Source: Nitrosopumilaceae archaeon | Lineage (GTDB): Archaea > Thermoproteota > Nitrososphaeria > Nitrososphaerales > Nitrosopumilaceae | Assembly: GCA_965209085.1 (NCBI GenBank) | Contig: OZ242376.1 | Location: 1-64,000 of the forward strand | Reading direction: 5' to 3' | DNA: 64,000 nt | In this document: positions 17,651 to 27,487 of the stretch, piece by piece | How the letters are laid out: every line of letters starts with the position of its first letter | Position numbering within the stretch: the stretch's first letter is position 1 | Program-made: the position numbers and the translations under genes | Notes under the pieces: model-generated | Databases searched by the model: none | Seen by the model: the letters and a program-made list of their open reading frames with translations, nothing else | What the model was told of the DNA's origin: nothing

Positions 17651-17944
17651 CTATGTATTTGAAAATATGTACATTAATGCTCCATCTTTAATGGAAGTTA
17701 AAGATAATTTGAGCAGAGCGTTTTTTTCTCCAGATACATGAAAAGTACGGTGGATTAAACCCTCACCGTCACAACCATGAATGGAAGATATGCATTGACG
17801 TCGTAGTTCACGTGTTATACGGGTTTCATACAATACCAGTTTGTTTTGCTTTGCAAATTTTTTCAACATTTGTGCAGATTTACCCAAATCATTTGAATCA
17901 TATGCATTAAACACCACTGTAACATCTTTTATTTCAGAAGCCAT
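17651..17944 (-). CDS. Hypothetical protein with a divergent ribosomal uS10-like pattern
   Basis: 97 aa; FNAYDSNDLGKSA and HRTFHVSGEKNALLKL segments align by eye with uS10. Confidence 0.5.
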   Translation of the reverse strand: MASEIKDVTVVFNAYDSNDLGKSAQMLKKFAKQNKLVLYETRITRELRRQCISSIHGCDGEGLIHRTFHVSGEKNALLKLSLTSIKDGALMYIFSNT

Positions 17945-18090
17945 TGATTTGATATGTCATTATCCATATTAAAAAGTATCTTTACCTATGCAGTTACATA
18001 ATCTGCATAAATTGCACATTTAACAATAATCTCACCTAAACAAATAGATCATGGAGAATATGGTCCACTGTTATATAATGAATATTAGAG

Positions 18091-18160
18091 CGTATGCATA
18101 ATGGGTCAAATTCACAATTTTTACGAATAAAAATGACCGATTTGAACGGTTATGCATACG
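18091..18160 (+). repeat. 70-bp MITE-like element with 11-bp perfect TIR
   Basis: CGTATGCATAA...TTATGCATACG; second copy at 10708-10777. Confidence 0.75.
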
Positions 18161-19007
18161 GTTTATTGATAATTTACAGCTAAACCTAAAATTTTGCCGA
18201 GTAGTGTATATTTTTGAATTTTAAATCGATCTTCAAATGTTCTTAATGATGGCAGATTATTATTATCAATATTTAGAATATTTTTTTTGTTAGTTTATTT
18301 AAAAATGGTGCTAAAATTTCTTCATTTTTATTCATGATTTTAATTTACTCTAACAAATACAGTAAATATTGGTATGTTATTACTAGTAACACATGTAGAT
18401 AATTATACATCTTTTCCCGTAAGAGATGGATGTTTTGTGTTAAATTATTGTATGTTTAGGTTATAGATACCTGTCTAATCCGAGGTACTTTTGAATTGAC
18501 AAGAGGAATTCGGCATAAACAGCGTGTGGTAGGCAAAAGATCAAATTTTACATAGTTAGAAGCGTATATTTCAAAAACAGGGGTATGCCCAAAAGTATTA
18601 TTACTATTAACATGAGTGATAAGAACATGACAAAATCTATCAAGTGGGATGTGAAGGCCACTGCTGTATTTACCCAATATGAAATAGACCGTGAGTTGGG
18701 AATAGAAAAGGATGATGCTAATGAGAATGTAAAAAGCATTGATGAACTCCGATGATGTACAAGGTAGATATTGAAGATTATCATGAAGAGTGAAGATTAC
18801 GCAAATAACACTTCAAGATCAAGGTATACAGAGTTTGAAAAGACGCAGTTTTCATTAAAAATGATAACAATTGATTTGATTGAAGTTGAGGGAAAGAATC
18901 ACTGGGAGATGATTATTCAAAATACTAATCAAATATGATTTATCACACGCTGTTTAGACAACCACAAGAGGATATTTGTATATAAGACGCTTGAAAACAG
19001 TCATGTC

Positions 19008-20012
19008 ATGGGAGATAAGAAAAAGATTGTAGCCCTGCTCTCTGGAGGTCTTGACAGCCAGTTAGCAATCAGAATGATGCAAAAGCAGGGTTTTGAGGTA
19101 GAGGCAGTGGCGATAAAAACCCCGTTTTGTGACTTTGACTGCGGCAGGGGCTGCGGTTTTGAGATACGCGAGAGGGCAGATGATCTTAATGTAAAATTAA
19201 AAACAGTATATCTTGGTGATGAATACATCGAGATGCTAAAGCATCCAAAACACGGGTTTGGTTCCGGCATGAATCCATGTATAGACTGCCGTGCCATGAT
19301 GTTCAAGGCGGCAAAAAAACACATGGAAGATATCGGTGCAGAGTTTGTAATATCCGGCGAAGTTGTAGGTCAAAGACCCATGAGCCAGCATCGACCTGCG
19401 CTTCGAACCATAGAAAAAGAATCAGAGCTAGAAGACAAAATTGTACGTCCGCTCTCTGCTGCATTGTTACCTGAAACTGCACCTGAAAGGGACGGTCTTA
19501 TCAGACGTGAAGATCTTGGCATGATCAAAGGCAGATCAAGAAAACCGCAGCTGCAGATGGCAAAAGAATTTGGCATACAGGATCCTCCAAATGCCGGCGG
19601 CGGATGTCTTTTGACGGATCCGGCGTTTGGAAAGAGGGCAATCGATCTGTTCAATCACACCGAAACACCCACCATAAACGACATCGATCTGCTCAAAGTG
19701 GGAAGACATTTTCGACTTGATGATAATGCAAAACTGATCGTTGGAAGAAATCACGATGAAAACCAGGTGATAACATCACTTGCACTGCCGGAAGATATTG
19801 TACTAGAGACCATAGATCATCTTGGACCATCATCCATAATTCGCGGAGCAAATGCAAAACTTTACGTTGATTTTGCAGCATCAGTTACCATAAGATATTC
19901 GGATGCTCCAAGGGACACCCAATGCGAGGTCAGCATAGTTTCCGGAGATTCACAGGTTCAAGTGGAGGCTAAAGCCGCCACAGAGGACGATTATCTCAAA
20001 TTCAGAATCTAG
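19008..20012 (+). CDS. ThiI/MnmA-like tRNA thiolation ATPase
   Basis: LLSGGLDS PP-loop, MNPCIDC, GQRPMSQ, AGGGCLLTD. Confidence 0.85.
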   Translation: MGDKKKIVALLSGGLDSQLAIRMMQKQGFEVEAVAIKTPFCDFDCGRGCGFEIRERADDLNVKLKTVYLGDEYIEMLKHPKHGFGSGMNPCIDCRAMMFKAAKKHMEDIGAEFVISGEVVGQRPMSQHRPALRTIEKESELEDKIVRPLSAALLPETAPERDGLIRREDLGMIKGRSRKPQLQMAKEFGIQDPPNAGGGCLLTDPAFGKRAIDLFNHTETPTINDIDLLKVGRHFRLDDNAKLIVGRNHDENQVITSLALPEDIVLETIDHLGPSSIIRGANAKLYVDFAASVTIRYSDAPRDTQCEVSIVSGDSQVQVEAKAATEDDYLKFRI

Positions 20013-20062
20013 GCACAAACCACATGGAAGCGTTTTATTGACGGGACGATCAGAAATTTCCC

Positions 20063-20341
20063 ATGCAAAAGCAGGAAAGTAGCACGTATCTGAAAGCCTT
20101 TACGATAAATGATCCTACGGATATCGAGTCCATACGCAAGGACATCAAAAAAGGCATGATACTCATACTGAGGGTCACGCCACTTGCGCAAAAAGATGTC
20201 GAGAAATTGCGTGCCGTGGTGGATGACGTTTACAAGGTTGCAAAAGCCAACGGAGCTGAGATTGCAAGACTTGGGGAGGAGCGCATCATAGTTACGCCCT
20301 CTGGCGTAAAGATTTGGAAAGCCGAATACGATCTAAAATAA
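20063..20341 (+). CDS. sepF: SepF family protein
   Basis: IARLGEERIIVTPSGVKI signature. Confidence 0.8.
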   Translation: MQKQESSTYLKAFTINDPTDIESIRKDIKKGMILILRVTPLAQKDVEKLRAVVDDVYKVAKANGAEIARLGEERIIVTPSGVKIWKAEYDLK

Positions 20342-20358
20342 AATTTATAAATAAAAAA

Positions 20359-20917
20359 TCAATTTATATAAAAATCACAATCAAATTTAAGTAAAGTGAT
20401 TCCCCGTTCCACATCAGTTTCAGACATGTTCCATCCCAGCTCTGCAGGTTTTTTGGGTGTATCATTTTGATCAAAATAATCCCGATGATTTGTTTTAATA
20501 TAATGCGTTCTTGCAGCAAAAGATAACGGTAACGGTTTTAATTTACAATATTTTTCACAAACATTCATAATATTTTTTATTATATCATATTCAATTGGAT
20601 AATTTTTCTTTGCATTTTCTGCGTATTTTATGCCGTTTTCTGTCAGATAATATTCAGTATTATCCTGATATCCAGAGTGCATATTTTGAATAATGAATGA
20701 AAATTCCAACATGTCAAATAATGCAATTGAAACATCACTGCTAAAAGATCCGTAAAAATCATAGACATAGTTGAATGAGTTTAAATCTTGAATTTTTATC
20801 TTAAAAAAATAGATTGGTTTCTGCATTGTTTTTCAGCCTTTAAGAGGCGTATTCATGGTATGTTGACCCGTATACGGATAATGTACATGCTATTGCATCG
20901 TATATGTCAAAACCCAT
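20359..20917 (-). pseudogene. YwgA/SocA-like (DUF4065-like) protein with disrupted N-terminus
   Basis: KG*KTMQKPIYF (cf. GRTxLQKxxYF), FYGSFSSDV, YYLTENG; upstream frame MGFDIYDAIAC. Confidence 0.55.
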
Positions 20918-21006
20918 TTGAGATCCTAATAATGGGGATCATGTGTAAATAATCAAGTCAGATGTTGACATTAATTTTGATTGTTTAAAAATGCAAATGC
21001 ATTGTT

Positions 21007-22944
21007 CTAGTACAGTTTTATGGTTTCCTGAATCTGCGGTGCGTGTGCCGGCAGACGGTACATGCGGCGTATGGATGCTGCAAGATTTTCGGATTTACGG
21101 CGCTCACCGTGGTTTACAAAGACTCTGCGGAGCTTTGGGCGCAGTTTTTGCACAAACGACATGAGCTGGTTATAGTCGCTGTGTCCGCTGAATCCGTCCA
21201 ATTTGTCAATTCCGCAGTTTATGCTGACAGCTTCGACCCTGCCGCCTTTGCCGAGCATTGAAACCTGTTTTGCACCCTCCAAAACCCTGCGGCCCAAGGT
21301 ACCGTTTACCTGGTATGAGACAAAGAGTATCTTGTTCTTTTTGTACGGGGCGATGTTTTTGAAATATTCCAAAACCGGTCCGCCTTCGAGCATTCCAGAA
21401 GTTGCAAGTATTATGCACGGGGTTCCTTCGCGCATCGCCTCATCGCGGCCATCTGGATGGTCTATGTTTGTAAAGTATTCTGAATCAAACGGATTATCGT
21501 CAGTCTCAAGTATTTTTTTGCGCAGATCGTGGGCAAGATATTCCGGATGCGCCTCGTGTATGGCAGATGCTTCTGATATCATACCCTCGGTAAAGACCGG
21601 CGCTTCCACCATCTGCCCGGACTTCATGTAATGGTCTATGACCATCATTATCTCCTGCGCCCTGCCTACGGCAGGTATTGGTATGAGCACTTTGGCCCCA
21701 TCAGCTAGCGTGTTGTTTACTGCCGCTATAAACGAGGATTCAACCTCATCGCGCGTGGGCTGGATGTCTTCTTTTGCACCATACGTACTCTCCACAAGTA
21801 AGGTTTCAACCCGCGGGAAATTCCAGCTTGCCGCCTCAAAGAGAATGCTTTTGCCGAATTTAATGTCGCCAGAATATACAAAGTTGTGCTCGCCGTTTCC
21901 TATATGAAAATGACACAAAGATGATCCAATGATGTGCCCGGCATTTGCAAAAACCAGTTTGATGTCAGGTGAAATGTCAGTTACAGTTCCGTACGGCAGT
22001 GTAATTGCCTGTTTCATTATCTGTTTTACGTCTCGGTCCGAATAAATTGGCACGCGGCCCTGTGCTGCCATTACCTTGATTGCGTCAAGCTGTATGAGAT
22101 TCATCATTGGAAGCGTTGGCTCTGTGCAGTATATCGGACCTCGGTATCCGTATTTGCACAAAACGGGAAGAAATCCGGTATGATCAAGATGTGCGTGTCC
22201 GATTACCACAGCGTCAAGATCATCAAGGGTTGTACCAATCCAGTCTAGCCTTGGAAAAGATTCAGACGGGGTTTTAGCTCCTGGATTTACCCCGCAGTCA
22301 ATCAGGATTTTACTCTCTCCGGTGCTCAACAGCATCGAGGAACGCCCTACCTGGCCAAATCCCCCAAGCGTGGTCAGTGTAACTTCGGTACGCGGTGCAA
22401 TCTTTGGGCGAAAGATCTCCTCGCCTATCTGCTTGAAATATTTGGCGCGCTCAGCTGCTGCAATTTTCAGATTTCTGTGTATCAGCTGCATCGTATTGGA
22501 GGGATTTGTGGTGGCTTTGCGAATGCACAATATCCATCCAATTTTTTCAGATACGTCGGCGTGGTTGAATTCATTGCTGTTTTTTTGCAGTAACCACGGA
22601 CGTTTTGCCTCCAAGGAGACCTCTCCTGTAGCCGTATCAAATATCGTAGCCTGCAGTTTTGCCTCTTTTGGGCAAAGCTTGTCAAGCAGTTTTCTGGCAT
22701 CATCTTCGGTTTTGCGTATGGACTGGTCTGTTCGAACCACTATTCTCTTCTTTATCAGACCAACTAGTTTTGAAATTATTGCATGGTTGTGTAACAGAAA
22801 TTTTGGCGAGCTTGTATACAGTGCTATGCGGGGACCTTCGTATTCAATTTTTGTAACAGCTGCCTCTTTGGGTATACTTTGCAGTATGATAGCCATGATG
22901 TTTGCAGGCTCCGACCCATGCCGAGTTGATTGTTTTTTTTGCAT
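21007..22944 (-). CDS. fttA: Beta-CASP ribonuclease aCPSF1/FttA
   Basis: KH domains (IEYEGP), HAHLDH, AGHIIGS, GFSGHSD, NHGE. Confidence 0.95.
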   Translation of the reverse strand: MQKKQSTRHGSEPANIMAIILQSIPKEAAVTKIEYEGPRIALYTSSPKFLLHNHAIISKLVGLIKKRIVVRTDQSIRKTEDDARKLLDKLCPKEAKLQATIFDTATGEVSLEAKRPWLLQKNSNEFNHADVSEKIGWILCIRKATTNPSNTMQLIHRNLKIAAAERAKYFKQIGEEIFRPKIAPRTEVTLTTLGGFGQVGRSSMLLSTGESKILIDCGVNPGAKTPSESFPRLDWIGTTLDDLDAVVIGHAHLDHTGFLPVLCKYGYRGPIYCTEPTLPMMNLIQLDAIKVMAAQGRVPIYSDRDVKQIMKQAITLPYGTVTDISPDIKLVFANAGHIIGSSLCHFHIGNGEHNFVYSGDIKFGKSILFEAASWNFPRVETLLVESTYGAKEDIQPTRDEVESSFIAAVNNTLADGAKVLIPIPAVGRAQEIMMVIDHYMKSGQMVEAPVFTEGMISEASAIHEAHPEYLAHDLRKKILETDDNPFDSEYFTNIDHPDGRDEAMREGTPCIILATSGMLEGGPVLEYFKNIAPYKKNKILFVSYQVNGTLGRRVLEGAKQVSMLGKGGRVEAVSINCGIDKLDGFSGHSDYNQLMSFVQKLRPKLRRVFVNHGERRKSENLAASIRRMYRLPAHAPQIQETIKLY

Positions 22945-22951
22945 TTTACCA

Positions 22952-23584
22952 CTAGAGTGTAATTATTGATTTTTTCTGCTCGCGAGTTAGCAGATTAAAA
23001 CCGTCTTTGGTTGCGGTGGCCACGTTTATGCCATCGCCGGTTCCAATGTTGCGCACGATGGCCGCTTTTACCGCCCGCATTGCCACTTTTTTGGCATCAT
23101 CGACGGACATGTCTGGTGCATATTCCTCTTCCAAGAGTCCATATGCCACAGGAGAGCCGCTTCCGGTTGTAACGTAAGGTTTTGCCTCTACGGAACCAAA
23201 CATGTCTATATTGTACAGTGATGGACCTTCATGATCATAACCGCCTATCAAAATGTCCGCCATGAACGGATACCCGCGGTTTTGATGAAACATTAACGAA
23301 GTAAGTCTTGCCAGGGCACGTATTGAAATTGCTTCCTGTTTTTGCATACGGTGCAAACCGGCATGGTAGCGCAACGTGTCAGTTATGTTTTGGGCATCGG
23401 CCACGCCGCCTGCAAGTGTGAGTCCTGCGTGATCGTCCAATTGTTGTATCTTCATGGTATTGTTGTTTGCTATGAAATATCCGGCACTAGCCCTCATATC
23501 GGCGCATAATACGACCCCGTCGGAGGCCTTTATTCCGACCGTCGTGGTGCCGTGCAGTATTTTCTCTTCAACATTATTAGACAA
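22952..23584 (-). CDS. psmB: Proteasome subunit beta
   Basis: HGTTTVG autocatalytic site, GSGS; TTG start inferred at 23584. Confidence 0.93.
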   Translation of the reverse strand: MSNNVEEKILHGTTTVGIKASDGVVLCADMRASAGYFIANNNTMKIQQLDDHAGLTLAGGVADAQNITDTLRYHAGLHRMQKQEAISIRALARLTSLMFHQNRGYPFMADILIGGYDHEGPSLYNIDMFGSVEAKPYVTTGSGSPVAYGLLEEEYAPDMSVDDAKKVAMRAVKAAIVRNIGTGDGINVATATKDGFNLLTREQKKSIITL

Positions 23585-23649
23585 AAAATCACCTAGATAT
23601 CTAAACACGCCTGCTACCCTTTTAAATAACTTTTTGTCCAGTTTATAGC

Positions 23650-24714
23650 GTGTCCCCCTCTGATCCCCCCATATCGCATTCGATGGAACTGCCCAGACGC
23701 ATTGTTGTAGGCAGGAATATTTTAGGCGAGATCGGGGATTTCCTCGTTTCCCTGGCAAAGACTGACATGGTTTCGGCCGTGACAGGACCCCACGTTGGAG
23801 ATTTGGTGGGATCCGAATTTGAGGAATCACTTTCAAAATCAGGCATTGAATGCAGATGGCACATTGCAGTTGGCAGCGATGAGAAATCAATGAGGTATGT
23901 ACAATCGCAGGTTGCAAAAGACAAAAGTGGTCTTATCGTAGGTATTGGCGGGGGACGTGCAGTGGATGCGGCAAAAATGTCCGGTTTCGGACTTGGAGTT
24001 CCGTTTGTAAGCGTTCCAACAGCTGCATCGCACGATGGAATTGCAAGCCCGTTTGTATCCGTAAAGTCCGGTGAAAAACCGCATTCCATAGTTGCAAGCG
24101 CCCCGCTGGGAGTATTTGTCGATATTGAAATTATAGAAAAAGCACCCCCAAAACTGCTGGCAAGCGGATGCGGCGACCTTGTAGCCAACGTTATTGCAGT
24201 ACGCGACTGGGAGCTTGGCCGGGACAAAACCGGCGAATATTACGGACGGTATTCTGCAAGCCTTGCCCTGCTTAGCGCACGCATTGTAATGGAAGAGGCT
24301 GAGGCGTTTGCAAAAAAAGGATTGGATGCACGGGTTGTGGTAGAGGCGCTCATCAGCGCCGGCGTGGCAGCGTGCATTGCAGGTAGTAGTAGGCCGTGTT
24401 CCGGATCAGAGCATCTGTTTGCACACGCTCTTGACAAACTATCTCCCGGTGTTGGTCTGCACGGGGAAAAATGCGGGATTGGATCCATAATGATGGCAAA
24501 ACTACAGGGTCAGAACTGGAAAAAAATTACAGATGCTCTAAGGTGCGTTGGAGCTCCAACTGATGCGGCAGGAATTGGTCTTGACGGGGACACTCTGGTA
24601 GAGGCGCTTGTAGAGGCGCAGCAGATGAGACCTGAAAGATATACCATACTAAATGAGGCAAATATGAGCCGTGAAAAAGCGTTAAAACTTGCAAAAGAGA
24701 CGAATGTGTTATAG
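23650..24714 (+). CDS. egsA: sn-glycerol-1-phosphate dehydrogenase
   Basis: GGGRAVD, PTAASHDGIASP, SRPCSGSEHLF, HGEKCG. Confidence 0.95.
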   Translation: MSPSDPPISHSMELPRRIVVGRNILGEIGDFLVSLAKTDMVSAVTGPHVGDLVGSEFEESLSKSGIECRWHIAVGSDEKSMRYVQSQVAKDKSGLIVGIGGGRAVDAAKMSGFGLGVPFVSVPTAASHDGIASPFVSVKSGEKPHSIVASAPLGVFVDIEIIEKAPPKLLASGCGDLVANVIAVRDWELGRDKTGEYYGRYSASLALLSARIVMEEAEAFAKKGLDARVVVEALISAGVAACIAGSSRPCSGSEHLFAHALDKLSPGVGLHGEKCGIGSIMMAKLQGQNWKKITDALRCVGAPTDAAGIGLDGDTLVEALVEAQQMRPERYTILNEANMSREKALKLAKETNVL

Positions 24715-24715
24715 A

Positions 24716-25588
24716 CTAGTCGGTCTTTGTTTCGGGTTTTGGTTTCTCTTCAGGTTTGTCATCAGCAGGTTTGTCATCAGCAGGTTTGTCATCAGCAGGT
24801 TTGTCATCAGCAGGTTTGTCATCAGCAGGTTTGTCATCAGCAGGTTTGTCATCAGCAGGTTTGTCATCAGCAGGTTTGTCATCAGCAGGTTTGTCATCAG
24901 CATCTTTGAGTTTTTTGTTTACGTGAGTTTCCACAAAGTTTATGGATTCAAGAGAGGGTACAAATTTGAAAATGTCTATCTGTGTCAGATGTTTTATGCC
25001 AGACAGTACATTTGCCCGAAATAATTGCTCGTCTATTTGCACTGATGCAGTTGTATCTATAAGCGTAAGTTTTGATTCTGTTCCAAGATGGTGCTCTACA
25101 ATGGCGCGTATTTTTTCCTCATTTTTTGAGAGAGATTCTTTTACGTGTGCCTCGTATATGATCGTCTTTCCTGCAAATTTGTGATTGTAATCTATCTGAA
25201 CCCGTCCGGAACCAATGTATCGGATTATTCCTTTTTTGTCTCCAACCTCAATTGTATCTCCGATGGATACTCTATCAGCATCATCTCCAAGCTTGCGCTG
25301 CGGGATCATGCGGACCTTGCCAGAATCTCTCTCGCCAAAACCTTTTGCAGGTTCTACTTCTATGACAAGTTTTTCTCCAGCTTCGGATTTTGCAAGTGCC
25401 TCATCAAATCCGCGCAAAACCGGAAAACTGCTGCTTCCGACGGATATCAGACGCGGATGGTACTGATCGCCATGTTCATGCAGGGAATGTTTTTTGGCCT
25501 CTTCCTCGTACGTGGTGTCAAATACGTCCCCATTCTTTACCCTAGCGGTAAAATCTACAAGTAACAACGAGCCTGTTTCAAAAGTCAA
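24716..25588 (-). CDS. slyD: FKBP-type peptidyl-prolyl isomerase (SlyD-like)
   Basis: VFDTT, GFGER, IDYNHKFAGKT; repetitive acidic tail. Confidence 0.9.
   Translation of the reverse strand: MTFETGSLLLVDFTARVKNGDVFDTTYEEEAKKHSLHEHGDQYHPRLISVGSSSFPVLRGFDEALAKSEAGEKLVIEVEPAKGFGERDSGKVRMIPQRKLGDDADRVSIGDTIEVGDKKGIIRYIGSGRVQIDYNHKFAGKTIIYEAHVKESLSKNEEKIRAIVEHHLGTESKLTLIDTTASVQIDEQLFRANVLSGIKHLTQIDIFKFVPSLESINFVETHVNKKLKDADDKPADDKPADDKPADDKPADDKPADDKPADDKPADDKPADDKPADDKPEEKPKPETKTD
24752..24901. repeat. Perfect 15-bp tandem repeat x10 encoding ADDKP
   Basis: AGGTTTGTCATCAGC x10 without spacers. Confidence 0.97.
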
Positions 25589-25698
25589 CTGTACAAAACT
25601 CCAAATTTCCTAATTTAAATGAATTAAGTCAGGCGTATACGGTAGGCACGGATTTATCATCGTGTGGATATTTTTACGCCTGATAAAACGCCAATCTG

Positions 25699-26844
25699 TT
25701 AAAGTGCTTCAAGTTCCTTTTCAGCCGCACGCAGACCCGCCTGTGCGTCCACTTTGTAATCCATCATGGATAGCGTAGATGATATTGCCGATATGGTGCG
25801 CATTACATGGTATCTGTTCACCTCGCCCATGCAGCCGATTCTGAAGACTTTGCCTTTTAGATTGCCAAATCCGCCCGCAACTAAAACACGGAATTTTTTG
25901 GCAAGCGTATCACGGAATATTTTATCTTCAAGACCCTCCAGATAGTTTACTGCAATAACAACAGTTGAGCGCGAATCCACGTCAGCGTACGGTTTCAAAC
26001 CTAGGGCGCCAAGTCCCGCATAGAAAGCTTTAGAGCATGTGCGGTGACGGTGAATTCTTGCATCAAGTCCTTCTTCAAGTATCATTAAAAGCGCTTCGCG
26101 GTATGCGTAAAGCAGCGGCAGTGCGGGAGTAAACGGCGTATGTTTTGCCTCGTCGTAATATTTGAAATAACGCGGGAGGTTAAAGTACATTGTATTGGGA
26201 GGATTTTCATTCATGTATTTTTTTGTTCTAGCATTTACACATATTGGGGATATTCCCGGAGGTGCTGCAAACGCTTTTTGTGCGCCGGTCATGGCAATGT
26301 CAATTCCCCACTTGTCCATCTTTAGCTCTTCTCCACCCACGATGGATACGCCGTCAACAACATAGTATGCGTCGTTGCGGGATGTCAGATCTTTTATTTT
26401 ATCAAGATAATTAAGCATCGTTCCAGTAGAAGTTTCATTCCATACGCAATAAAACGCCTTTATGTCCGGGTTGTTGTCAAATGCCTCTTTTATCTGATCA
26501 AAAGAGGCGTTTTTTCCAGGCGGTGTTTCTACCGGTATGACATCAGCGCCGCCCCATTTTAGCATCTGTGCAAGCCTGCTGCTAAATTCTCCGTTGACTG
26601 GAAGTATTACCTTGTCTTTGGGTTTGATAAGATTTACCACGCTGGCCTCTACAGCACCGGTTCCCGATGCTGAAAGGCATACTGCCTCGCCGTCGGTTAA
26701 AAACACCTGTTTTGTCTTTTCAACACATGCCTCGTAAAGTTCTACAAAATCATCGCTCCTGTGGTTTATCATGTGCGTGTACATGGCGCGCGTAACTCTC
26801 TCCGGCACGCCGGTCGGACCTGGCAGCATAACTAGATATTCCAT
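25699..26844 (-). CDS. Class V aminotransferase (serine-pyruvate/alanine-glyoxylate type)
   Basis: MLPGPT, NETSTG, GAQKA. Confidence 0.9.
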   Translation of the reverse strand: MEYLVMLPGPTGVPERVTRAMYTHMINHRSDDFVELYEACVEKTKQVFLTDGEAVCLSASGTGAVEASVVNLIKPKDKVILPVNGEFSSRLAQMLKWGGADVIPVETPPGKNASFDQIKEAFDNNPDIKAFYCVWNETSTGTMLNYLDKIKDLTSRNDAYYVVDGVSIVGGEELKMDKWGIDIAMTGAQKAFAAPPGISPICVNARTKKYMNENPPNTMYFNLPRYFKYYDEAKHTPFTPALPLLYAYREALLMILEEGLDARIHRHRTCSKAFYAGLGALGLKPYADVDSRSTVVIAVNYLEGLEDKIFRDTLAKKFRVLVAGGFGNLKGKVFRIGCMGEVNRYHVMRTISAISSTLSMMDYKVDAQAGLRAAEKELEAL

Positions 26845-26955
26845 ATATGATTCAAATTTCCGAATTTGCCTGAGTTTAATATATCATTAGATGATCACAT
26901 GACAGAATATAGGCAAATCAAATGTGATCAGATGTTAAACGGACATCACATATGG

Positions 26956-27456
26956 CTAGGTAGCCATGTCGCAAAGACGGCCATGTGCGTCTATTCGGTC
27001 AAGAATTTGGGCTGCTCCCTCTGGAACATACTCTTTCCAGTTCTTACCTGAGAGTATCAAATCCCTTATTTTGATACCGCAAAGTTTATCGCGGTCTACA
27101 AATGGCACGTCCACAATTTTTTCCTCCCTGTACGAATAAAGATGTTCCAATATTGGATCCTTTGTTATTACCAGTCCGTATGCTGGTACAATTGAATCCA
27201 GATGTTTCAGCCATTTTTTGTGATCATCAACGTCCGGTACCTCGTAGATCATTATTCTTTTCAAGAGTTCAGAATCAATGGACGATTCCATCATTTCGCG
27301 GCGCTCTTGCACTGAAAACGGGTTTTTAAAACTAGGCTTCACGTTTGTGCTTCCTATGCAGAGCCATAATTTATCGCACAGTTTGAGCGCTTCCCGTATC
27401 GAGAAAATATGCCCCATATGAAACGGCTGAAACCGTCCCACTAGCAGTCCATTCAT
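26956..27456 (-). CDS. nadM: Nicotinamide-nucleotide adenylyltransferase
   Basis: GRFQPFHMGH, NPFSVQER. Confidence 0.9.
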   Translation of the reverse strand: MNGLLVGRFQPFHMGHIFSIREALKLCDKLWLCIGSTNVKPSFKNPFSVQERREMMESSIDSELLKRIMIYEVPDVDDHKKWLKHLDSIVPAYGLVITKDPILEHLYSYREEKIVDVPFVDRDKLCGIKIRDLILSGKNWKEYVPEGAAQILDRIDAHGRLCDMAT

Positions 27457-27487
27457 GTTCTATGCACGCATTATGCACTAAAAAATC

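Noticed and set aside
23585-23917. Long N-terminal extension of the proteasome beta ORF
   Set aside because: Overlaps the divergent egsA gene; a TTG near the HGTTT site gives a normal short propeptide
24752-24901. Possible CRISPR array, and the repetitive overlapping ORFs (FVISR, CHQQV, MTNLL)
   Set aside because: No spacers; it is an in-frame 15-bp VNTR in slyD and the other frames are shadows
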